From positions 3,240,001 to 3,272,000 of the forward strand of contig OY969938.1 of NCBI GenBank assembly GCA_963704755.1: a stretch of DNA of 32,000 nt, read 5' to 3'. This DNA comes from an uncultured Chloroflexia bacterium. GTDB taxonomy: Bacteria; Chloroflexota; Anaerolineae; Anaerolineales; Anaerolineaceae. The position numbers were made by a program, and so were the translations under genes. Positions 1 through 6,504 of this stretch are shown in pieces; within the stretch, counting starts at the first letter, position 1; every line of letters starts with the position of its first letter. Below the pieces are notes generated by a model. That model saw only the letters and a program-made list of their open reading frames with translations. It made no database searches and was not told the DNA's origin.

Positions 1-432
1 ATAAACCAGGAAGACCGTGAGCAGAGCCCCCAGGAAGGCCGCGGCCGGGATGGTATACATTCCCAGGACAGAATCGGACCAGTGCAGGGCGATGGCGAGC
101 ACCGCGCCCAGCCCGGCCCCGGAGGCCACGCCGATCAAATAGGGATCGGCCAGGGGGTTACGGAACACGCCTTGATAAACTGCCCCGCTGCCCGCCAGGG
201 CAGCCCCGGTCAGTGCGATCAGGAAGGCGTGCGGTAAGCGGATTTGGTAGATGATCGCCGAGAAAGTGGATGGCCAGTCCTGGTGAACAATGCCCCCGAG
301 GCCCGCAAAGAGGATGCGAACCGAAGTTGCGGGAGGAATGAAGACGCTGCCGATGCCGACGCTAAGGATCAGCGCCAGCACCAGCAGGGCAATCATCAGG
401 ATCAAAGACCGGACATGAAAGGATCTGGTCAT
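1..432 (-). CDS. ABC transporter permease, FecCD/BtuC family (corrinoid / iron-siderophore type); N-terminal 144 codons, 3' end runs off the window
   Basis: Not in the ORF track because no stop lies in the window. Own translation from ATG at 432..430: MTRSFHVRSLILMIALLVLALILSVGIGSVFIPP...QIRLPHAFLIALTGAALAGSGAVYQGVFRNPLADPYLIGVASGAGLGAV. RNPLADPYLxGxxSGA is the hallmark FecCD-permease motif. Starts 13 nt after the stop of the binding-protein gene. Confidence 0.8.
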   Translation of the reverse strand, partial: MTRSFHVRSLILMIALLVLALILSVGIGSVFIPPATSVRILFAGLGGIVHQDWPSTFSAIIYQIRLPHAFLIALTGAALAGSGAVYQGVFRNPLADPYLIGVASGAGLGAVLAIALHWSDSVLGMYTIPAAAFLGALLTVFLVY

Positions 433-445
433 CGGTTGGGGTCGA

Positions 446-1471
446 TTATTTGAACAAATCCGGGTGGAGTAGTTTGGCCATGGCTTCCAGGCCATCGACC
501 AGGCGAGGCCCAGGCCGGCTGACCAGGTTGTCGTCGAAGGTGTACACCTGGTTCTGCTTGACGGCGGTAATGCCATCCCAACCGGCACGGGAGGTCACCA
601 TCTCGGGGGTCATGGCCCCCCAGGTGGCATCGCCGAGCAGGATAATGTCGGGGTTCTCGACGATCAGGTCTTCGGTGCTGATCTGGGCCCAATCACCCGA
701 GAGGGATGCGCCCGCGTTACGGCCGCCGGCCATGTTGATGACCGTATCGACGAACGAGCCCGGGCCGGCCGTCCAGGGCGCGGTCGGGTCGGTGCCATCC
801 AATTCGTAGAAGACCAGGGGTTTCTGGTCATCGCTGAGCGAAGCCAGGGTCGTTTCGACGGCGTCCACACGGGCTTTGTAGCCAGCGACCAGCGCCTGGA
901 CGGTGTTGGTGTGGCCGGTCAACTGGGCCACCAGGTCCAAATCATCGTACAGGCCGTTGAAGTCGGTCGGGTTGGGCACGACGAAAATGGTCAGGCCCAG
1001 GTCTTGGACAGCCTTGATCTGGTCGGCGGAGGTCAATTCGGCCGCCAGCACCAGGTCGGGCTGCAAGGCCAGGATGGCTTCCGTGTTCAAATCACTGTAA
1101 CCGCCGCCAATATCGGTGGCTGCGGCGGCTGCATCCGGGTAGTCCGAATACAAATCGCGGCCAACAACCTGGTCACCGGCGCCTACCGCAAAGAGGATTT
1201 CGGTCACGGACGGGGCTAACGAGACGATCCGCTGGGGCGCAGTGTCGAGGGTGACCTGCCGGCCGGCGGCATCCGTAGCGGTAAAAGGCCAGGCGGGTGT
1301 TTCAGTGGGACTGGGCAGTTCGGTGGGGGAGGCAGCGACGGTGGGTTCAGCCGTGGGCGCCGTTGTGGCTGCCGGTTCTATGGCGACTGTGGGGGCCGGG
1401 GTGGCCTGAGTGGCGCAGGCAGAGAGCAGAACGATCAGGATCAGGCCGGTAATGACGAATTTCTTGAACAA
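446..1471 (-). CDS. ABC transporter periplasmic substrate-binding lipoprotein, BtuF-like (cobalamin / Fe3+-siderophore binding, Peripla_BP_2 fold)
   Basis: 341-aa ORF with a lipoprotein signal (LLSAC), a Thr/Ala/Pro-rich linker and the BtuF-type core RIVSLAPSVTEILFAVGAGDQVVG. TTG start preceded by GGAGG at 9-nt spacing. Lies downstream of a cobalamin-riboswitch-like leader and upstream of a FecCD permease. Confidence 0.85.
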   Translation of the reverse strand: MFKKFVITGLILIVLLSACATQATPAPTVAIEPAATTAPTAEPTVAASPTELPSPTETPAWPFTATDAAGRQVTLDTAPQRIVSLAPSVTEILFAVGAGDQVVGRDLYSDYPDAAAAATDIGGGYSDLNTEAILALQPDLVLAAELTSADQIKAVQDLGLTIFVVPNPTDFNGLYDDLDLVAQLTGHTNTVQALVAGYKARVDAVETTLASLSDDQKPLVFYELDGTDPTAPWTAGPGSFVDTVINMAGGRNAGASLSGDWAQISTEDLIVENPDIILLGDATWGAMTPEMVTSRAGWDGITAVKQNQVYTFDDNLVSRPGPRLVDGLEAMAKLLHPDLFK

Positions 1472-1540
1472 TGGTGCGTTCCTCCAGAATAGGGTTGAGT
1501 TAGGTGGTTTTTGTATCTACTCAAGCTTGTGCAAAAAGTT

Positions 1541-1595
1541 CCCGAATTTGAGGTGTCTGTGGGGACGAAGTCCCCATAGACACCTCAAATTCGGG
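1541..1595. repeat. Hairpin repeat, class 1 (arms CCCGAATTTGAGGT...), 26 bp + GAA + 26 bp
   Basis: CCCGAATTTGAGGTGTCTGTGGGGAC-GAA-GTCCCCATAGACACCTCAAATTCGGG. One G.T wobble (1559/1577), otherwise perfect. Sits in the btuF-like leader between the riboswitch terminator and the SD. Confidence 0.9.
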
Positions 1596-1620
1596 TATCT
1601 TAGCAGTTCCGGTAGTTTAA

Positions 1621-1644
1621 ACAAAAAACCTGCCACGCGGCAGG
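1621..1644 (-). terminator. Intrinsic terminator, likely the expression platform of the cobalamin riboswitch
   Basis: Minus strand reads CCTGCC-GCGT-GGCAGG followed by TTTTTTGT (A-run 1623..1628 on the plus strand), directly 3' of the riboswitch aptamer. Confidence 0.6.
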
Positions 1645-1699
1645 AGGAACGACTTTCCTTAAAACAGGATACCGTTCCCAATTACCTTTCCGCGAGGCT

Positions 1700-1865
1700 G
1701 TGGGAACATCGGTAGGGCGGGCGACCTGGCTCGTTTAATCGTATAAAACGATTAAACCTACAGTTGCGGGACAGCGTCGGACTTCGCCCAGTATTCACTG
1801 AGCGGCACCGACATCGCCATTAAACTTTCTCATCCGGGAGTAGAAGTACCCTGACCGAAGTTTCG
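1700..1865 (-). promoter_or_regulatory. Cobalamin (B12) riboswitch candidate
   Basis: Minus strand contains GGTGCC, GCTGTCCCGCAACTGTAGG (plus 1759..1775, the conserved CCCGCAACUGUA core) and a peripheral stem GTTTAATCG/CGATTAAAC. A B12-box-like GAGCCAGGTCGCCCGCCC lies at plus 1715..1732. The GGGAA / GGUGAAAxUCC part is less canonical. Context is the 5' leader of a BtuF/BtuC-like operon beside a corrinoid-dependent rdhA. Confidence 0.6.
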
Positions 1866-2029
1866 ATTTGTAACGATCAACTTTCAAGATATGACAATTG
1901 CTTACTTGCTTTGGGCAGGCGTGTAACACCTACAAACTTACTATACAGCAATCTGGCAGGAGAGTCTATCAGGAGAAATGCACATTTTTGTAAGGGTTTC
2001 TCTGACGGGTACCCGTTCGTGCCTGGAAA

Positions 2030-3112
2030 TCAATCTCCGGCGTCCTGTTTTAGTTCAGCCAACAAGGTCTGGGCCCTTTCGACCATATCGGCTGCTTCGA
2101 TCGACTGGTAGGAAGCCACCGCCGCCTGGCAGTATTGTACCGCGAGATCCATATTATGGACATCCTGGTAATTGAACGCCAGCAGCATTTGTTGTTCGCC
2201 GGCCAGGGCAGTTTCTTCAAGCTCCAGGGCCAGGTCCAGGGACTGGCGGGCGTATTCGATCGATTCGGGCAGCATCTCTTGCTCGGCCCGGACGGCGGCC
2301 AGGTAACCCAGGATGCGGGCCTGCGAGAGCCGGTCGGCAAAACCGCCTGCCAGGGTCAAGGCGCGCGTGTAGGCCTCATGAGCAGCCGGATAGTCGCCGG
2401 ATTGGAAGGAGGCCATGCCGGCCGAAACCTCGATGGTCAGCAGCCATTCCTGATTGTTGTTTTGCGTGGCCAGCTCGCGGCCCTGGTTGAAATACTTGAG
2501 CGCCTGCTCATAGTCGCTGTGGATGGCGTAATAGGTTCCCAGGGCGAAGATATTGTTGATTTGTGCGTCGAAGTGCTGAATTTCGGCGGCCAGTTGGATC
2601 GCTTTTTCGCCGTAATAGGTAGTCAGGCCGGGCTCATTGAGTTGCGAATAGGCCCGAAACAGCCCGCCGATGATGTTGATCTCGGAGCCGCGGTTTTCCA
2701 AAGAGGAGGCGATCACCAGGGCCTGGTCGTAGTGCTTGACGGCGTTCCTGGCATCCCCTTTGGCCAGGGCGGCGTTGCCCATTTCGGTCAGAAAAGTACA
2801 TTCGCCTTTATGGTCACCCTGGGTACGGGCCTGCTCATAGGCCTGGGCAAAATATTCCAGGGCCTGGTCGTATTCTTTCAGGGCGTAATAATCATTGGCG
2901 AGCGTGCCGGCAATGTTCAGCATACGGGAGCTGTCGCCCTCCTGGCTGGCGATCTCGAAGGCCCGCAGCAAATCTGCCACACCTTTTTCGCAGTCTTCCA
3001 TCTCGAACTCGAGCATGCCCATCTGGAAAAACGAGTTCGCACAGCAGCGGATTGTGCTGGAGGTGGGTGGCGATGCCGTTGGATTTCTGGAATGCGTGCA
3101 GGGCCATTTCAT
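2030..3112 (-). CDS. Tetratricopeptide (TPR) repeat protein; probably the downstream part of a frameshifted longer gene
   Basis: 360-aa ORF. From MGMLEFEMEDCEKGVADLLRAFEIA onward it is a continuous series of 34-40-aa A/Y/L-patterned TPR-like helices (ALEYFAQAYEQA, AVKHYDQALVIA, ALKYFNQGRELA, AHEAYTRALTLA). The first ~25 codons look non-native (frame entered by shift). Confidence 0.7.
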   Translation of the reverse strand: MKWPCTHSRNPTASPPTSSTIRCCANSFFQMGMLEFEMEDCEKGVADLLRAFEIASQEGDSSRMLNIAGTLANDYYALKEYDQALEYFAQAYEQARTQGDHKGECTFLTEMGNAALAKGDARNAVKHYDQALVIASSLENRGSEINIIGGLFRAYSQLNEPGLTTYYGEKAIQLAAEIQHFDAQINNIFALGTYYAIHSDYEQALKYFNQGRELATQNNNQEWLLTIEVSAGMASFQSGDYPAAHEAYTRALTLAGGFADRLSQARILGYLAAVRAEQEMLPESIEYARQSLDLALELEETALAGEQQMLLAFNYQDVHNMDLAVQYCQAAVASYQSIEAADMVERAQTLLAELKQDAGD

Positions 3113-3377
3113 AATTGCCTAATTTTTTCAGGGATATTCCCTGGAACCCAAACAGGCGCGACTGGGCCTCTTTATTGTCTGCTTTTTGGGCCAGTTTGAA
3201 GGCCGCCTCGAATTGGGTCAACGCGTCCGGTACTTCTCTTCGGTCCAGGTAGGCCTGCCCCAATTTGGTCAAAGCCGCGCAAATAGCATCGGGATCGCCC
3301 TGCTGTTTGGCTCGTTCGGCCACATTCTGGAGCTGGAGGATCAAAATATCGGGTTTATGCGGTTTGTCTGCATTCAT
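2892..3377 (-). CDS. TPR repeat protein, N-terminal fragment (frame changes near 3030-3060)
   Basis: Start chosen at ATG 3377..3375 (MNADKPHK) with GAAAGG upstream. TPR-like ALTKLGQAYLDRREVPDALTQFEAAFKLA and GNYEMALHAFQKS, then the sequence degenerates into Arg/Gly-rich nonsense while the TPR pattern continues in the frame of ORF 2030..3112. Confidence 0.55.
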   Translation of the reverse strand: MNADKPHKPDILILQLQNVAERAKQQGDPDAICAALTKLGQAYLDRREVPDALTQFEAAFKLAQKADNKEAQSRLFGFQGISLKKLGNYEMALHAFQKSNGIATHLQHNPLLCELVFPDGHARVRDGRLRKRCGRFAAGLRDRQPGGRQLPYAEHCRHARQ

Positions 3378-3426
3378 GGGCGGTATACCTTTCAAAATTG
3401 GAGCGGTATTTCTCTGCAAAAGAGAC

Positions 3427-3514
3427 GGCTTTAGACGGTTGAAAATCCGGCTTTAGACGGTTGAAAATCCGGCTTTAGACGGTTGAAAGTCCGGCTTTAG
3501 ACAGATGGAAATCC
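3427..3514. repeat. Tandem direct repeat, 4 x 22 bp (GGCTTTAGACGGTTGAAAATCC)
   Basis: Units at 3427, 3449, 3471 and 3493. Units 1 and 2 are identical, unit 3 has 1 mismatch and unit 4 has 3 mismatches. Unit 4 overlaps the last codons and stop of apbE. The array ends 50 bp upstream of the TPR gene ATG. Confidence 0.95.
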
Positions 3515-4507
3515 GGAAGAGCGATAAATCGTCAGGTCCTTGGTGGCGAGCATGGCCTCGATGCCCGGCAGTCGTTCGACCAGCGCCAGCCCGGCCGAGG
3601 AGCCGAGCACCATCAGGGTGGTTGCCAGGGCATCCGCATCGGTCACGGTTGGAGCGATTACGGTCGCGCTGGACAGCTCTGCAGGGGATACCCCGGTGCG
3701 CGGATCGATAATATGGTTGAGGCTGTAGTCACTGGTGAAGGCTTGCATATAGTCGCCGGAGGTGGCCACGGCCTGGTCGTTCACCCGCAGGGTGGCCAGC
3801 CACTGGCTGTTGGCGGTAGGGCGTGGGTTGGCCACGCCGATATCCCACAGGCTGCCGTTGGGATGGGTGCCATCGGCCAGCAGATCTCCGCCGGCTTCGA
3901 CCAGGATGTTGTCAAAGCCTTGTTCCTTGAGGGTGCGCACCCCGTAATCGACCACGCGCCCTTTGGCGATGCCGTCCAGGGTGGCGCGCATACCGGGTTT
4001 CTTGAACGCCACCCGGTCGCCTTGCAGGTCGATGGATTGGTAGCCGATCAGCGCCAGTTCGTCTGAAGTGACCGGGTGCCCGGCCTGGTAGGTTTCGAGC
4101 ACCGGCAGCACGGTCACGTCGAAGGCGCCGCCGCTGATGTCGCTGTAATTGCAGGCTTTTTGCAGGATCGCGACCAGGTCGGCCGAGGCGTGCTCCAGCT
4201 TGCCGTTCAGGTTCAGCCGGGCCAGTTCGCTGTCGGATTTGCGATAATCGAAGATATGGGTCAGGCGTTCCATCTCGCTGAACGCGGCGTTGATCGCGGC
4301 CTGGCCAAGCTGGCTGGTCTCGGCGACCAGGGTGATGTCGATCACCGTGCCCATCAACAGGCGCGTATCGCGCACGGTAACATTCTTGGCTTTCAATGAA
4401 AAATGCAGCAGGCTGCTCCCCGCTACGACTCCGCCGGCCACCGCGCAGATTTTGATGAAATCGCGGCGGGAAATTTTTGACTGTGAGCGCAGGGTGCGGT
4501 TATCCAT
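3497..4507 (-). CDS. apbE: FAD:protein FMN transferase (ApbE family), Tat-exported
   Basis: Twin-arginine signal SRRDFIKICAVAGG. ApbE motifs LMGTVIDITL, LDGIAKGRVVD, VEAGGDL, AVATSGDY and HIIDPRTG. Its start overlaps the upstream small ORF by 8 nt. Confidence 0.9.
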   Translation of the reverse strand: MDNRTLRSQSKISRRDFIKICAVAGGVVAGSSLLHFSLKAKNVTVRDTRLLMGTVIDITLVAETSQLGQAAINAAFSEMERLTHIFDYRKSDSELARLNLNGKLEHASADLVAILQKACNYSDISGGAFDVTVLPVLETYQAGHPVTSDELALIGYQSIDLQGDRVAFKKPGMRATLDGIAKGRVVDYGVRTLKEQGFDNILVEAGGDLLADGTHPNGSLWDIGVANPRPTANSQWLATLRVNDQAVATSGDYMQAFTSDYSLNHIIDPRTGVSPAELSSATVIAPTVTDADALATTLMVLGSSAGLALVERLPGIEAMLATKDLTIYRSSGFPSV

Positions 4508-4811
4508 TGAACTGATCTTCTTCCCAGGTTTGAGTCAGGTTGGGGGTAGGCGCGGTCGTGGCTTTTGCCCCGCTTTGCGGGCCGGGAGTAACGGAGAGGG
4601 TCACTTCTGCGCCAGGGGTGGCTGTCGAAGCCGGGCTGGCGGCGGGTGTATCTGTGTGGGTTGCCGTGGAAGTTGGCGCGGTCAGCGTGGCCTGTGGGGT
4701 GGCCGTACCTGCCGAGCCGCTATCATTCAACCCTTGCGCCCACACGAGGACGATCAGAACGATACAGGCCAGGACAAAGCCCACCAGTAAAGATTTTTTC
4801 AGTGTTTCCAT
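4500..4811 (-). CDS. Small membrane-anchored protein with Thr/Ala/Pro-rich tail, function unknown
   Basis: 103 aa with one N-terminal TM helix (LLVGFVLACIVLIVLVW). Tightly packed in the operon: 3 nt after the rdhC-like stop and an 8-nt overlap with apbE. Low-complexity content keeps confidence moderate. Confidence 0.55.
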   Translation of the reverse strand: METLKKSLLVGFVLACIVLIVLVWAQGLNDSGSAGTATPQATLTAPTSTATHTDTPAASPASTATPGAEVTLSVTPGPQSGAKATTAPTPNLTQTWEEDQFNG

Positions 4812-4814
4812 ATC

Positions 4815-6023
4815 TTATTTCGCCATATCTTCCAGGTCTCGCGCGTCCAGCGCCGGGAACTCGGCGATGAAATCATAGACCGGGTTAAGCGGGCATATAT
4901 AGGTGCAGAACGGCCGGTAGATGACCAGGCTGGCCAGCAGGACAATTCCCAGGAAAATCCACTCGATGGAGGTGCCGCGTAAGTCGAACAAGGTGCCAAA
5001 GGGCTCGTAGCTGGCCACGCCCGGCCGGCGCAGCGCCAGACCGAGAATAATGGCCGCGAAGGTGAGCCCGCGCTGGGTCCAGGTGAGGATCTGGTTTAGC
5101 CCGCGCGGCTTATAGCGTTTGGCGCGGGTAATTTGCGCCAGGCACTCCTGAACGGCGCCAAACGGGCAGAACCAGCTACAGTAGGGGTTCTTCGAATCGA
5201 CGGTGGTGACGAACAGGATCCCGCCGATGAGGAAATACCAGTACAGGTTGTTATGCCAGTCCGGCCAGTAGCCGCTGAGCAGGCTGATGATCTGGGCGAT
5301 GGTGAGCGGGGCGGTGTAGATGAACCCCAGCACAACCATGCCGATCAGCAGGGTGCCCCAGCGGATGCGTTTTTTCCAGGTGCTGGAATGCAGTTTGTGA
5401 CCAAAATAACCTGCCGCATACAGCCCCAGCAGGGCGATTTCGGGCAGGCCAAACTGGATAGTTTTCTTATGAGGGGGAAGGGGGGTATCCAGCCCTTCCA
5501 GAGCAATGGTGTGGACCGCGGCGCGGATGGAGGAAGCCACGCCCTCGGAGCTGAATGTGGCTCCGCTGACGGCATCGACGTCCTGCCCGAGCGAGAGGGG
5601 CGAAGTAAACTTGAGGCCGACGAACTGCCCGATCAGGTCATGCTGGAGCACCAGGCGAAAAAAGCCGGGGGTCTCGCGCTGGGTGATGATCTGCGCCCCG
5701 GTGATATCTCCGGCCGGGTTGATGCCGACCAGCATCTCGACCGGGCCACCATACCCCTGGCCCTGTCCGACCGCGGCGTAGCCGGCGATATCCCCATTCA
5801 GGTTATAGCCAATGTAAAGACTGCCGTGGGTTTCGACGCGGGTAGCACCTGGGATCACCTGGGGAACCAGCGGGATGACGTCGGTGCCGCTGGCGAAATA
5901 GCCGAACACCCAGGCTGCCAGGACCAGGATGACCGAGCCGATCAGCACCTTCCGGGAAAGCGGGATGCGTTTCGGTTGGTGGGGAAGTTGGGCGACTGTA
6001 GGGGGTTGATTAATTGCTTCCAT
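4815..6023 (-). CDS. PceC/CprC-type RdhC: NosR/NirI-family membrane protein with periplasmic FMN-binding domain and two CX3CP motifs
   Basis: N-terminal TM, then an FMN_bind domain with the flavinylation motif DAVSGATFSS. This is followed by polytopic TM helices carrying CSWFCP and CTYICP (CX3CP pairs typical of NapH/NosR/PceC). Located downstream of rdhAB. Confidence 0.85.
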   Translation of the reverse strand: MEAINQPPTVAQLPHQPKRIPLSRKVLIGSVILVLAAWVFGYFASGTDVIPLVPQVIPGATRVETHGSLYIGYNLNGDIAGYAAVGQGQGYGGPVEMLVGINPAGDITGAQIITQRETPGFFRLVLQHDLIGQFVGLKFTSPLSLGQDVDAVSGATFSSEGVASSIRAAVHTIALEGLDTPLPPHKKTIQFGLPEIALLGLYAAGYFGHKLHSSTWKKRIRWGTLLIGMVVLGFIYTAPLTIAQIISLLSGYWPDWHNNLYWYFLIGGILFVTTVDSKNPYCSWFCPFGAVQECLAQITRAKRYKPRGLNQILTWTQRGLTFAAIILGLALRRPGVASYEPFGTLFDLRGTSIEWIFLGIVLLASLVIYRPFCTYICPLNPVYDFIAEFPALDARDLEDMAK

Positions 6024-6142
6024 GAGGCGGTATCATTCTAAAGCACGAAACTTACTAATTACAGTGAAAATCATCATATTTCGGTTGGAATAAGATAACG
6101 TTTGATGAAGTGGCCTGCTCGGGCAGGCCTGTGCAGCCGGGG

Positions 6143-6195
6143 CTTGAATTTGAGATATTTGCGGGGTTTTGCTCCGCAAATATCTCAAATTCAGG
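6143..6195. repeat. Hairpin repeat, class 1 variant (24-bp stem, TTTTG loop)
   Basis: CTTGAATTTGAGATATTTGCGGGG-TTTTG-CTCCGCAAATATCTCAAATTCAGG, with two G.T/T.G wobbles. Sits in the spacer between rdhB and the rdhC-like gene. Confidence 0.85.
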
Positions 6196-6216
6196 ATTTT
6201 TAGTCACACAGTAAAG

Positions 6217-6240
6217 AGGAGAGGCGTACCCGCCTCTCCT
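6217..6240 (-). terminator. GC-rich hairpin 3' of rdhB (possible terminator/attenuator between rdhAB and rdhC)
   Basis: AGGAGAGGCG-TACC-CGCCTCTCCT (10-bp perfect stem) 40 nt after the rdhB stop. Only a weak U-tract follows on the minus strand (CTTTAC). Confidence 0.35.
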
Positions 6241-6280
6241 CATAACGATAAACGGAGTTTATAAAATCTCGTTCAGCAGG

Positions 6281-6493
6281 CTATTGTGAGCGGCGCATGA
6301 ACCAGACAACAACTGCACCCACCAGAAGTACAACGGCGGTGACCCAGAAAATGACGGCTGCGCGCGGCTCGAGCTCGGCTTTGCTGGCGATAGCGCATTG
6401 AACCGTGAACACTTCCACGATCAGCCAGATTGCCCACAGTAACCATTCGTACCAGGGGCGTTTCTTGATTTCGATGACGTATTTATCACTCAT
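6281..6493 (-). CDS. rdhB: Reductive dehalogenase membrane anchor RdhB (short, two-helix form)
   Basis: 70 aa, starting 11 nt after the rdhA stop with a GAGGAG SD. Has two TM helices. Motifs WYEWLLWAIWLIV and AELEPRAA match the WYEW / E(V/L)EP(K/R)AA signatures I recall from Dehalococcoides RdhB proteins. Confidence 0.8.
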   Translation of the reverse strand: MSDKYVIEIKKRPWYEWLLWAIWLIVEVFTVQCAIASKAELEPRAAVIFWVTAVVLLVGAVVVWFMRRSQ

Positions 6494-6504
6494 GGTAATC
6501 TCCT

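Noticed and set aside
2004-2017. Perfect 12-bp palindrome ACGGGTACCCGT just after the TPR stop
   Set aside because: It has no loop, so it is a poor hairpin, and no U-tract follows. It could be a protein site but there is no supporting evidence.
2135-3199. 354-aa plus-strand ORF opposite the TPR genes
   Set aside because: Antisense shadow ORF in GC-rich DNA. The translation is Gly/Arg/Leu/Val-rich with no motifs, whereas the minus-strand frames show clear TPR periodicity.
3427-3514. Possible CRISPR array
   Set aside because: The 22-bp units are directly abutting with no spacers, and no cas genes are present. It is a simple tandem repeat.
5133-6041. 302-aa plus-strand ORF opposite the rdhC-like gene, plus the smaller ORFs 5096-5335, 5345-5575 and 5506-5781
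   Set aside because: Shadow frames of a well-supported minus-strand gene (FMN_bind motif, CX3CP motifs). Composition is typical of antisense GC3-rich reading.
6055-6243. 62-aa minus-strand ORF between rdhB and the rdhC-like gene
   Set aside because: It is made almost entirely of the class-1 hairpin and the GC hairpin 6217-6240, so it is a palindrome-derived pseudo-ORF.
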